A stretch of DNA of 64,000 nucleotides from Phallusia mammillata (lineage: Eukaryota). The notes under the pieces were generated by a model. It had not been told where the DNA came from, did not search any database, and saw only the letters and a program-made list of their open reading frames with translations. Positions within the stretch are counted from its first letter, which is position 1; each line of letters starts with the position of its first letter. Positions 25,356 to 37,110 of the stretch are shown one piece after another. The translations under genes were made by a program, and so were the position numbers. The stretch covers positions 26,784,001 through 26,848,000 of the forward strand of contig OZ281495.1 of assembly GCA_965637545.1 (NCBI GenBank). Reading direction: 5' to 3'.

Positions 25356-26228
25356 ATGGCCCAAACGCCTCTTCGGGTGTTTGAAACTGCATCTGTCAGT
25401 GATCGGTATGCAAGAGGGCGACCTACTTACGATGATAAAATAGTTCAGCATATAGTTGGAAGTATCCGATCTGAGCTGAAGGGTGAAAAACACGAACTAA
25501 TGGTTGAAGTTGGATGTGGTAGTGGCCAAGCTACCAATGTGCTGGCTCCCTATTTTCATAATGTTCATGCAACTGACATCAGTGAAAGTCAAATTGTACA
25601 GGCTAAGGCACTTAGTAAAGTTGATCATGTAAACTACCAAGTCGGAAGTGCTGAAAAGATTTCTGCCAAAGATGCAAGTGCTGATTTACTGATAGCTGCA
25701 GAATCTGTTCATTTCTATGATTTGGAAAACTTTTTTTCGGAAGTTCGTCGAGTGTTGAAACCAGGAGGGTGCTTAGTCCTAATTGGGTATGTTCATCCAA
25801 ATGTAACGCCAACAACTAGCAACGGAGCTCAAAGGCAACTTACAGCAAGTTTATCTAATGCAGTCGAGAAAACGATCATTGACAATCTGGGCAGGACATT
25901 GGTTCCTCTTTACTACGAAATACAAAATGGTTATCCTAAGATTTTTGAAGCTATACCGGCCAAACAAAAGTCAAAAGAATATTTTCATCTCATATACGAT
26001 ACATGGAAGTTAAAGAACGTTTGGGATTTTATCGATTCAGCGATTTTGTTGAAGTGTCCAGAAGAGACGTTTCCCATTGAATCTGAACGCAAACGTACCA
26101 AGGTGCTTGATACTTTTGTACGTAATTGGAACGAGATACTTGAAAACAACGAAATATCGCCCGAAAGTGTAACATCGTATGAAGCTGATTACAAAATGAC
26201 AGTTATAACTGCCAGTAATTTTAAGTAA
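25356..26228 (+). CDS. Class I SAM-dependent small-molecule methyltransferase (Methyltransf_11; Crg1/Tmt1/DDB_G0268948-like), copy 1, 290 aa, intronless
   Basis: YARGRPTY, motif I EVGCGSGQAT, ATDISESQI, SADLLIAAESVHFYD, RVLKPGGCL. Confidence 0.92.
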   Translation: MAQTPLRVFETASVSDRYARGRPTYDDKIVQHIVGSIRSELKGEKHELMVEVGCGSGQATNVLAPYFHNVHATDISESQIVQAKALSKVDHVNYQVGSAEKISAKDASADLLIAAESVHFYDLENFFSEVRRVLKPGGCLVLIGYVHPNVTPTTSNGAQRQLTASLSNAVEKTIIDNLGRTLVPLYYEIQNGYPKIFEAIPAKQKSKEYFHLIYDTWKLKNVWDFIDSAILLKCPEETFPIESERKRTKVLDTFVRNWNEILENNEISPESVTSYEADYKMTVITASNFK

Positions 26229-26658
26229 AAGGCAACTTGTCCACTATTTGCTACCGACTTTATGTCCACAACTTTCTAATCACAGCGTATGCTAACAATT
26301 AAACAAATTGTATTTTTTGCATCGATTTTTGAGGTAGTAAGTAGTAACCATGCTAGGAAGATTTTCTGCATCAGCCGCTGAGGCAGTGCATGGGCTCAGT
26401 ATAAGAAAGTTAATTTTTACTTACGAAAGCGAACAGAGTTAAAAGCAACAATAGTTAACGGTAAACGACGGAAATATGCAAACGTAAACATTACTATGAT
26501 GCTGCATATTTAATACACATCATCAAAATTCGAACATTCATATTACCGACCAGGCTACAAGGTTTAAAATTATGCAGTATTTTCCATGTTTTGGAATGTG
26601 ATGGCCGTTAAGTAATAAAGTTATTGTATTTTTGAGCATTTAACTGCGTTTTCTAACG

Positions 26659-27161
26659 TTTTCCTGAAGTTCGTCGAGCGTTGAACCTAAGGGCTGCCTT
26701 TCCCTTATCGTTTATGTCATAAACTTTATGAGCTCGTGACACCAAGACCGGCCCTCAGAGGCAGCTAACCAAGAGCCTAACAGACGCCATAAAACAAATG
26801 CTTCATGACAACCACAGCATTAAGTTAGTAGCCACTTTGGTGAAATGCTTAATGACGATCCTCAGATTTTTTTAAGCAATATCGGCTAAACAAAAATCGA
26901 GAAAGATTCTACATCGCCTTTATGACAATTGGAAGTTAAATGAAATGGAAGATTTTTTTAATTTAATGATACTTTAAAAGAATGACTCAAACACGAAAAA
27001 CTTCGTTGGACTATTGCAACGTGAATCAAAAAACGAGTTTGATAACGAGATCGCTGATTTTTTGTTGAGATGTTTAAAAACAGTGGTTTATCACCCGATT
27101 GGGTAATTTTGTATGAAGCTGATTTAGAAATGACTGTTGTAGCTGCAATGATTTGTTGTAA
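26659..27161 (+). pseudogene. 5'-deleted, frameshifted methyltransferase fragment related to the 28964 copy
   Basis: Near-identical stretches to ~29340-29854 (GGCCCTCAGAGGCAGCTAAC, GACAACCACAGCATTAAGTTAGTAGCCACTTT), with indels and stops. Confidence 0.88.
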
Positions 27162-27406
27162 AGCTTGAAACACATAATATTACAGTATTTATCATACTAA
27201 ATCTATAAATACACATTTTACATTTATTGTTTAAACCAGTTTTTTGAAGTTTGTAACCATAACATTGAGAGCATCTTGTGGACCCAGAATTGAAAGACGG
27301 GACAAGATTAAGCCGTCTTGATTTGGTTCTGGTGCTAAATCTGTCATTTTTGCGCAAGGTAGTAACTTTACATAATTTAAAAGTTGTTGCATACAACCGT
27401 CTATTC

Positions 27407-28054
27407 CAGCGGTTCCCAAACTTTTTTCATATTTTTCCAAAACGGTCCCTTTGCCATTATTTCGAGGGCTCGCGGTCCTTAAGCCTAAATGTGTATTACA
27501 TAAATACGAAAGTTGATTGCACTATTTTAGCTAGTTATGCAAAATTTGCGCATAACAATCATCCAAAGACAGCATGTGACATCACAAACAGGACAAAAAA
27601 CATTACGATTGTGCGCGAACATTTGCATTTTTGATAGTTGTCATTTGATAAAGGCCATTGTTTAGCAATAGAGACAGTCGATTCTTAATTCTACTTTGAT
27701 TTAAACTTATTTAGTGGCACACACTGACGCCAAATAAGATTATAGAATTACTTCAACCGCTTCGCGGTCCCCCCAAAATTGCCTCACGGACCCCTAAAGC
27801 AGTGGTCGGCAACCGCCGGTCCGCGAGAAGTTTCTTACCGGGCCGTATACGTTTTCATGCCTAAGGTTTTGAAACATTTTGCCAGTGCTTCCCGGGGATT
27901 ATAAACTAATTTATGCGTTTTTATTCCCCAAAATATTGTAGTTTTTTGAAGACCGGTCCGCGATAAAATTTCAGTTTTAAAAACGGTCCGCAGTACAAAA
28001 AAGGTTGCCGACCCCTGCCCTAAAGGACCGCGGACCCCAGTTTGGAAACCGCTG
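27407..28054. mobile_element. hAT MITE (CAGCGGTTCCCAAAC family) with nested MITE 27800-28017
   Basis: Outer TSD GTCTATTC. Inner TIRs CAGTGGTCGGCAACC/GGTTGCCGACCCCTG with TSD CCCTAAAG. Confidence 0.9.
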
Positions 28055-28174
28055 GTCTATTCAATAGAGCAGCATATCGACTTATCTGTCATATTGATTT
28101 ATGGGATTAACATAATTCAATTTATTTAGAAACCGTTGTGCTTTCTCCTATATTCGCCGATGAAGCATTAAAAG

Positions 28175-28653
28175 TAGAGATGTACCGAATATTCGGTTTG
28201 CCGAATTTATTCGGCTGAATCGACCACTTTTGCAAAGATTCGGTTTCGGCCGAATAATTTGTTACCGAATCTTTTACGAACACATATTTGGCCGAAACCG
28301 AATCTTTTACGAAAACATATTTAAAGCGTTAAACGTGTCGTTTCTGCATAGTACCAACGAAAATCGCGCCAATCATTATCTTTTTTAACACATTATCGTT
28401 TTTACCACTGCAGACAAATAATCAGTAATTCATTGTCGGGTTGGCAATCATGCTTGAGGAAAATAGGGACGAAACACAACCATTCTGCACTAATTGCCTG
28501 GTAGATAAACTTATATTTTCATGTCAAACGCGTAGCGTACGACTTCGCGTGACGTCCTAAATGATTCGGTTGATTCGGCCGAATGTATTCGGCAAAACCA
28601 CCGAATATTCGGTTTCGGCCGAATCGAAATTTCGCCGATTCGGTACAACACTA
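28175..28653. mobile_element. hAT-type MITE (CCGAATATTCGG family)
   Basis: TIRs TAGAGATGTACCGAAT / ATTCGGTACAACACTA; TSD ATTAAAAG/ATTAAAAT. Confidence 0.85.
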
Positions 28654-28963
28654 ATTAAAATGGTTAATGATGTGGCATTTAACGGCAACAAAATTCAGGA
28701 AATGACGTCAATGTTTGGGGTTCGGCACATTATGTTTGAATGTGACAAACCGATTCGTAAGGTCTAGCGCTTGTATCAAGCTATAATACCATTAATGATT
28801 GACAATTGTCAAAATCGCCAGAAGTTCATCTGATGCTGAAGCGAAATTGGTGCGAAGATTTATTATCAACTGTTTGGTTAGTGAGCACAGAATTGGTGTA
28901 ACACAAATACTTGCCAAATTATAGGCAGGTTTTGTCAAGTAAAAATCATATGGACAGAACATA

Positions 28964-29854
28964 ATGAATAAAAGAGCTTTCCGGTTGTTTGAAGCTGAAC
29001 ATATCAGTAACGTATATGCAAGAAGCCGCCCTACTTACAACCAAGAAATAGCTCAACATATACTTGAATGTATACAAACCAAGGCGAAGGATGGAAAGCA
29101 CGAACTGATGATAGAAGTTGGATGCGGTAGTGGCCAAGCTACCGATGTGCTGGCTCCTTATTTTCATAATGTTCATGCAACTGACATCAGTGAAAGTCAG
29201 ATTACACAGGCAAAAGCCTTCAATAAATTTAATCATATAAACTACCAAGTTGGATGCGCCGAAGAAATTAATGCTTGTAGTGCCAGTGCTGATTTACTTG
29301 TAGCTGCAGAAGCTATACATTGGTTCGACTTGGAGAAGTTTTTTGCTGAAGCTCGTCGAGTGTTGAAACCAGGAGGATGTCTTGCCCTGATCGTTTATGT
29401 TCATCCGAAATTAACTCCCAACACCAGTACAGGCCCTCAGAGGCAGCTAACTAAAAGGCTAACAGACGTCATGAAACAAATGCTCTATGACAACCACAGC
29501 ATTAAGTTAGTAGCCACTTTTCGTGAAATGCTTAATGGCTACCCTAAGATTTTTGAAGCAATTCCGGCTAAACAAAAACGAAGAAAGATTTTTCATCGCA
29601 TTTATGACCACTGGAAGATAAAAGACATCAAAGACTTTGTTAATTCAATGATACTTCAAAAGAATAACTTAAACACAAAACACACCGATGGACTATTGCA
29701 GCGTGAAACACAAAACGAGTATGCTAACGAGATCTCTGGTTTAGTTGATAATATGAATGAGATACTTAAAATAGGAGGCATATCGCCCGATTGCGTAATA
29801 TCGTTTGAAGCTGATTTCGAAATGACTGTTGTAACTGCAAGTGAATTTTTGTAA
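28964..29854 (+). CDS. SAM-dependent methyltransferase, intact copy 2, 296 aa, intronless
   Basis: YARSRPTY, EVGCGSGQAT, AAEAIHWFD, RVLKPGGCL. Confidence 0.92.
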   Translation: MNKRAFRLFEAEHISNVYARSRPTYNQEIAQHILECIQTKAKDGKHELMIEVGCGSGQATDVLAPYFHNVHATDISESQITQAKAFNKFNHINYQVGCAEEINACSASADLLVAAEAIHWFDLEKFFAEARRVLKPGGCLALIVYVHPKLTPNTSTGPQRQLTKRLTDVMKQMLYDNHSIKLVATFREMLNGYPKIFEAIPAKQKRRKIFHRIYDHWKIKDIKDFVNSMILQKNNLNTKHTDGLLQRETQNEYANEISGLVDNMNEILKIGGISPDCVISFEADFEMTVVTASEFL

Positions 29855-30444
29855 AGCTTGAACACATAATAGTACAATATATATCACATTAATTCTATTT
29901 AAATACACATTTTACTTTTGTTTTTTGAACACTGTTTTATGAAAGTTCATAGCATTAAAATCAACAGAACTAATGGATAGGTCGAGCATTTAATAGCTGT
30001 TTCCGTCATAAACTGAAAATAATTACCCGTCTAGATTCGGTTTTAGATTCGGTTGTTGCATACAACCATCTATCTATTCAATAGAGCTCCATGTGGTCTT
30101 TCTGCCAGATTGGTTTATGGGATTAACATAGTTTATTTCATTTAGAAATCGTTTTGCTCCCTTATATATTCGCCGATACAGCAGCATTGATAGGGTTACC
30201 GCTGTAACCATTATAATTATAATGTCCCCAATCTTCAGGAAATGTCGTCATTGTTTGGGATTGGGCACAATGTTTTTGAACGTGATCAATCGATTCGTTA
30301 AGCTTCGGGCTTGCATAAAAAAATTGAACAGTTATTTGGTTCGAGACGAAATTTCACCGGGTTTACAGAATCTCGGAGCCAAAGTCAATGATAAAATTAA
30401 TTAACTCAATGATAACATAACAAATAATTGCTGTTGGACTATAG

Positions 30445-30864
30445 CAGCGGTTCCCAAACTGGGGTCCGCGGTCCTTTAGGGGTCCGTGAGGCAATTTTGG
30501 GGGGCCTGCGAAGCGGTTGAAGTAATTCTATAATCTTATTTGGCGTCAGTGTGTGCCACTAAATAAGTTTAAATCAAAGTAGAATTGAGAATCGACTGTC
30601 TCCATTGCTAAACAATGGCCTTTATTGAATGACAACCATCAAAAATGCAACTGTTCGCGCACAATCGTAATGTTTTTGTCCTGTTTGTGATGTCATATGC
30701 TGTCTTTGGATCATTGTTATGTGTAGTTTTGCATAACTAGCTAAAATCCTGCAATCAACTTTCGTTTTTATGAAATACACATTCAGGCTTAAGGACCGCG
30801 AGTCCTCGAAATAATGGCAAAGGGACCGTTTTGAAAAAAATATGAAAAAGTTTGGAAACCACTG
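30445..30864. mobile_element. hAT MITE, same family as 27407, opposite orientation, no nested insert
   Basis: Reverse-complement match to the 27407 element; perfect TSD GACTATAG. Confidence 0.9.
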
Positions 30865-31781
30865 GACTATAGTGACAAGCAAATGTAAAAGTGCACATAC
30901 AAAACTTATTAGGTGTTTGTTTTCGTTTTTACAGTATTAATGTCGTATTCTGATCGTATTCACATTTTCCGCACCCAAAAATAACTGACATTTTACCTGG
31001 TCATTGTAAGTCTACCTTGGTTTTCGTAAAACTTGCAATTAAAAATAGGTGGAATAAAGTATCCGAAAATTTAAGTCGAGAGAGTGAGTATTAGGTTTTA
31101 AGGTTGGTTAATGCAGTTCCACAAGTGCGGAAATAAGATCAACAACAGTTACGATGAATTCTATTGCGGGCCAAAATTTGCCAGAACAAAATCAGACCAT
31201 CTGGGCTATAACAGATTATGAAAGTCAGTTTGTGAACAAAAACTGACAACTTCCACAAATTAACTGCCTGTTTGTGCATAGTAATGATATCAATTTTTTT
31301 TGTTAATAATGATAGGGTTGTTTTGTGATTATTTATACCATAATAATCGTTTTCTAGTTTTGCGTCAGTCGACTTAGTGAAAAATGAACAGGCATTGATT
31401 CCATGTTGAAAAGCAACTTCAAAAAATCACACCTGAACAACATGTTTCCAATACCATTAAAAAATTAACTTCAGTACACATTCCAAGGTAATAAAAAACA
31501 CCAGATTGTGAAAGAAGTTGGATCTGGACATATGTTGAGAATTTGTTTAATCGAATGCAAGCAATAAACGTAGGATTTCGAGTTCTATAGAGAAGAGAAA
31601 TAGGAAAACCGCAAATTAAAGTTTTTTTACAGATGATTCTGAATATCATCAGACCTTGCAATGGTTGCCGCCTTCTCATTGCACCGGCTGTGTTTCCATT
31701 TAGTGAAGCGGATGTGAACTGTGCAGCAGCTAAAATGGTCAGACAGACATAAATGTGGGAGGGGCCAAAAATTGTGTAGTC

Positions 31782-32177
31782 CAGTGGTTCTCAAACTTTT
31801 TTTGTTGCGACACCTCTGGAAAAGTTTTCTGGACTTGCGACGCACCAGCAAAAAATAATGAGAAATTTAAAACCAAGTTTAATGCCCGCCAAGCGTCGCC
31901 CCAGACACGCGCCTATCACGCACTTGCTGCTTGTACTGTTTGGTCTCGACGTACATTAACGGGCAGTCGCTTTTAATCAAAAACGTTTGACGTAAGTTTA
32001 CGTCAATCCGCACTCTACGCAAAACGTCTTTGGACGTAGGCCAGATATAAGTCAACCGCACTGAAAGTGTTAACCTCATTTGTATGAGATAAACTGAGTT
32101 CAGCCACGAACTGCGACGCCCTTGGAAAATTGAAACGACGCACCAGGGCGTCGCGACGCACAGTTTAAAAACTACTG
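31782..32177. mobile_element. hAT MITE (GCGACGC family)
   Basis: CAGTGGTTCTCAAAC..TTTAAAAACTACTG; perfect TSD GTGTAGTC. Confidence 0.88.
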
Positions 32178-32917
32178 GTGTAGTCCAATACCGTTTGCGT
32201 AAGATGTGTTTTTACCAATCAAGTGGTTTTCCAAACTAGGCTTCCAAAAGCTTTACTTACTGGTTTTACATCTGCATAAAGACGGACTCATGTGGACTTT
32301 AACTTACAACTCGGTGGCAACAGTTGTTATATGCAATGTGTATTTTATTGACAATTTAGTAATGATGTGATACAAAATCACACTGAATTAAAGTTTCTCA
32401 ATATACATCATTAGACATTTAATTAGGTTTTATCACCAGCTTTTAGCAACGAAACCACATCAAAAAAATTCGCTTTTTCGATATGTATCTGTGTAATATG
32501 TAACCATCACCATTTTTAAGCAATGTTGCCAGAAAAAAAAAAAAATGCTTTTTTCGTTTAGGACACGTCCAGACGGAAAAGCAGTACTCAAATAACAAAT
32601 ATTCCAGAACGTGAATAAAAAAGGCAAAGCGAGTCGTGACACTACATCAGGAAATTGGTCACGCATTTGGCTAAGCGAGCAATCCACTCGCTGTTTTCAT
32701 TAACGTTTTATTTGCGCTGCAAACAGGAACCAGCCTTTGACCGTGAAAATTCTGCAGCAGAGGCTCATACTTTAGGTTAGAATGGAATATTAATGCAAAG
32801 TTTCAGTGTTTGAGGCTGGTGTTCATTGGGCTACGAAATTGACTGTGATTATAACAAATTTATCCTATACTTTACAGATTTAGCTTCTGAAAGAACAAAC
32901 TGGAATAGGTTAAAATT

Positions 32918-33790
32918 ATGGAACAAGCCTCGTTTCGTGTGTTTGAAACGAATCTTGTCAGCGATCTTTATGCAAAGGGAAGACCTACTTACGATGACAA
33001 AATAGTAAAGCACATTATTGGAAGTATCCTAACCAAGATAAAGGGTGAAAAACACGAATTAATGGTAGAAGTCGCGTGTGGAAGTGGCCAAGCTACCAAT
33101 GTGCTGGCACCGTATTTTCATAATGTTTTTGCAACTGACGTAAGCGAAAGTCAAATTGCACTGGCAAAGGCCGGTAATCAATTTGATCACATAAAGTACC
33201 AAGTTGGAAGTGCTGAAGAAATTGATGTCAAGGATGCCAGTGCTGATTTACTGGTAGCTGCTGAATCAGTTCAATTCTTTGATTTGGACAAGTTTTTTTC
33301 GGAAGTTCGTCGAGTGTTGAAACCAGGAGGATGTTTTGCCGTGATTGGGTATGTTCATCCAAATGTAACGCCAATAACTAGCAATGGAGTCCAAAGGCAG
33401 CTTACAGCAAGTTTAACTAATGCTGTCAAAAATACGATTATTGATAATATCGGCAAGAAGTTAGTTCCCATTTACTACGAAGTACAAAACGGTTATCCTA
33501 AGATTTTTGAAGCTATGCCGGCTAAACAAAAATTAAAAGAATATTTTCATTGCATCTACGATACATGGAAGTTGAAAAACGTTTGTGATTTTGTCAACTC
33601 AGCGATTCTGTTGAAGTGTCCAGATGAGACGTTTCCCATTGACTCTGAAAACAAACGTGTTGAGGTGCTTAATGCTTTCGTTTCTAATGTGAGCCAGATG
33701 CTTGAAAGTAGCGAAATATCACCCGACAGCGTAACATCGTATGAAGCTGATTACAAAATGACAGTTATAACTGCCAGTGAATTTGAGTAA
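32918..33790 (+). CDS. SAM-dependent methyltransferase, intact copy 3, 290 aa (closest to 25356 copy)
   Basis: YAKGRPTY, EVACGSGQAT, AAESVQFFD, RVLKPGGCF. 3' flank is homologous to that of the 25356 copy. Confidence 0.92.
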   Translation: MEQASFRVFETNLVSDLYAKGRPTYDDKIVKHIIGSILTKIKGEKHELMVEVACGSGQATNVLAPYFHNVFATDVSESQIALAKAGNQFDHIKYQVGSAEEIDVKDASADLLVAAESVQFFDLDKFFSEVRRVLKPGGCFAVIGYVHPNVTPITSNGVQRQLTASLTNAVKNTIIDNIGKKLVPIYYEVQNGYPKIFEAMPAKQKLKEYFHCIYDTWKLKNVCDFVNSAILLKCPDETFPIDSENKRVEVLNAFVSNVSQMLESSEISPDSVTSYEADYKMTVITASEFE

Positions 33791-34637
33791 AGTGCAACTT
33801 TCCACATATTTATGATCACAGCACATACAAACAATAAAACATTTTTCTGTTGATTTTTAAGGTAGTTGCAGTAACTCATGCTGGCACGATTTTCTGCATC
33901 AGCCGCTGTGGGTTCAGTATCCAATGTCACTTCCGAAATGCGTTTGGAGTTAATACCAACAGTACTTAATTGCAAACGACTGGACTGTTGAAACATAAAA
34001 TTACAGCATATTTAATACACATCATCGAAATATGAACAGTCATAATACCGACAAGGCTACAAGGATTAAAATTATGCAGAGTTTTCCTTGTTTTGGAATG
34101 TGATGGCGATTGAGAAATTGTCTTTCATTTCTGAGCATTTAACTGCGTTTTCTTACATTAGACATGCTCTGTGTTTCCGTGTCGTGATTCCTCGATAGGT
34201 GATAAGCAACCGAATTTAATAGGTTTCGTTCCGTTAAAACAAAAAATACTAGGTGGCCATACAATGACGTTGACAATTACTTTGCCAAATAATTTAGGTC
34301 TTAACAGGTTTGTTACAGACAGACTGCAGATTCAGAAATATTGACCCTTATTTGAGACATCGTACTGCATATCAAGTTTGATTGTTAGTTGCACATACTA
34401 AAGAAGCTACTAATATTTGCGTTTTGCTTTGTGTGTTATGATTAGGGCGAATAGCACCATGCGCACATAAGCAAAACTACCAGAAGTCGATCTGGTATTC
34501 AAGTAAAATTGGTGATGAGATTACAGTTAGAGTTGTTAGTAGATGACCACAAACATGTCAGGTTACAATACTAGTTTTGGGAAATAGAAGTCCAAATTTC
34601 ATCGAATTTGTCAGTTTTTTTGTCAGGTGAAACCTAT

Positions 34638-35694
34638 ATAAATCAAGCACAATTCCGGTTATTTTAAGTGAACACTATGTTAATGAACATTATGCAAGAT
34701 GCCGGCCTACATGCACCCAAGAAATAGCTCAACATATAATTGAAAGTATCCGGTGCAAAACAGGAAAAAAAAACGGAAAACACGTCCTTATGGCAGAAGT
34801 TGGATGTGGTAGTGGCCAAGCTACCAATGTGCTGGCTCCATATTTTCATCAAGCTCATGCAACTGATATCAGTGAACGCCAAAATGCACAGGCAAAAACA
34901 CTAAGTGAATTTGATCATGTAAACTATAGTCACTTGGTATACCAAGTGGGAAAGGCTGAAAAGATTTCTGCAACGGATTCCATTGCTGATTTACTAATAG
35001 CTGCATAAGCTGTTCATTTCTTTGATTATGACAAGTTTTTTTTCTGAGGTTCGTTGAGTGTTAAAACCAGAAGGATGCTTTGCCCTGATTGGGTATGTTT
35101 ACCCGAATATAACTCCTAAAACCAACGACATCTTTCAAAGAAGTCTATCATCAAGTTTTAGAACCTCGATTGAAAAAGTAATCATCGACAACGCCAGAGA
35201 GGAGATGATTCGGATTTATCGCGAAATCCAAAACCACTATCCTCAGATTTTCAAAGCCATATCAGCTAGCTGAAACAGTTTTGTTATTAAACGAATCTCC
35301 CGCAGACAATAAAATGTATAAAAGAAAGATTCTTGCTTCTGATCAGTATAGTATTGGACTGTTTCATAAAAACAGATCTGTTTTTATGAAACAGTCCAAT
35401 ACCATATCAGCTAAAAAGAAATCGAGGAAGATTTATCATCAAATCTACGACTGGAAACTACAGGACGTCGTTGATGTACTTAACTCAATGATTTTCCTGA
35501 AAAGTGATAACAGTACTCAGAGTGCTGATGGATTGGCACTCCGAAAATCTAAAAACGAATGTGCAAAGGTGATTGATACTTTTGTTCATAATGTAAGAGA
35601 GATCCTTAAAAGCAACGGGACGTCGCTTGAACACGTAAAATCGTACGAAGCAGATTTCGAAATGATTGTGTTAACCGCCAATGACTTTGAGTAA
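34638..35694 (+). pseudogene. Methyltransferase pseudogene (lost ATG, stops, frameshifts, 133-bp insertion at 35269-35401)
   Basis: Fragments EVGCGSGQATNVLAPYF, VLKPEGCFALIGYV and SYEADFEMIVLTANDFE are interrupted by in-frame TAA/TGA. Confidence 0.9.
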
Positions 35695-36778
35695 ACCGTA
35701 AAAGATTTGAAACCAAAATACATGTTACATCTACATTTAGAAAACTCTGGTCTGCATCTTACTATTACAATACATTTGTGGTAAAACCTGTCGTTTTCTT
35801 AAAAAAAGGTCATTATGAAGTTAAAGGCATCCGACAATATTTGGGCTTGCATTTAACAAGTTAAAAAATGCAGGCAACTGAACATGTTGGGTAAATCGTT
35901 TTGCTACATGATTTTCAAAATACGTGTATAATGTGATCGGAGATTTTGTTGGGCAGTAATGTTTTTGAAACAGTGGACATTGAAACTATCCGAAACCGCT
36001 CCTGAATCGTATAAAATGCAACTTGTGTTCTGACTGTATTTGTTTTTCGCATGTAACAAAAAAAGCGGACATACCATGACTCTGCAAACCCCATTTACTG
36101 TTGACAAATAGAGTTGAAATTAACTCAAATCTTGACCACACAATAAAACAACACTAAAAACCAAAAGTTCGATGATTGAACTGGCCGGTTTTAATGAAAT
36201 TTTATTGTAGAGTTGATCTGCTGTATAGTGGAAACTAGAAAGAAGGGGTTATTCGTCAACAGAATCTACAAGCCGTGACGGTGCTTGGTACGGACGGTCA
36301 TACCTGATTAAACACGCCCAAATCCCACACTGCGTTCAAACTTTTTTCACATAGAAAACAAAGCAATATAGGGTCAACCAACATCGTCACAAGATGTGCG
36401 TTACAAAAAACAATAAATTTCTAACAGAGGAATGATTCGTCTGTCGATAAGCAAACCACCCTGCATCAATTAATTCGTTCGTTCGTTCGTGTTTCGTAGT
36501 TAGTTGTTGCTTAGTTTATGTACACTTATTATTACACATAGCAGTCATTAACAAGCACATGGTGTTAAAAATGCAATAAATTTAATAGTGCATATAGTGT
36601 GCTGTTTCAACAACAGAAGAAAGAAGATCAAAGGCCTTTAGTTAACATTTTCGTGACGGGAAATAAATTAATACAACAAGAAATACGATTGGATGCTTGT
36701 ATAGAAAGTTGGAATTTGACATGAAAATTCAAAATAAAAAATGACTGAACTATTTGATGTTTATGCGTGTTGACGCTT

Positions 36779-37110
36779 TTACATAAAACCAGTGGCAGTA
36801 ATCACAAACATCTCAAAATCTGCTTCATACGCAACTACACAATCGGATGCTATACAGCTGTTTTTAAGCATCCCGTTTACATTACTTACAGAATCATCAA
36901 TCACATTTGCACATTCGTTTTCAGAGTTACGTAATAAACTATCCTCAACAACCTTTGTAATCACGTCACGTTTGTGTAATATCATTAAGTTAAGAAAATC
37001 TTTCATGTCCTATTGATTTTCTGCTTAGCCGGTATTGCGTCAAAAAATCTGAGGATAGCCCTGTTATATTTGGCGATAAATAGAACCCACTTCGTGCTGT
37101 GGTTGTCGGT
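36779..37110 (-). pseudogene. Inverted 3' fragment of a methyltransferase related to the 40067 copy
   Basis: Minus-strand translation ..SENECANVIDDSVSNVNGMLKNS..CVVAYEADFEMFVITAT is nearly identical to 40751-40957. Confidence 0.88.

Noticed and set aside
28175-28653. CRISPR-like or regulatory repeat array (CCGAAT/ATTCGG; also GTCCTTATTT at 58.8-59.2 kb and CTCGAGAA at 55-56 kb)
   Set aside because: Irregular spacing, bounded by TIRs and TSDs. These are subterminal repeats of hAT MITEs in a eukaryote.
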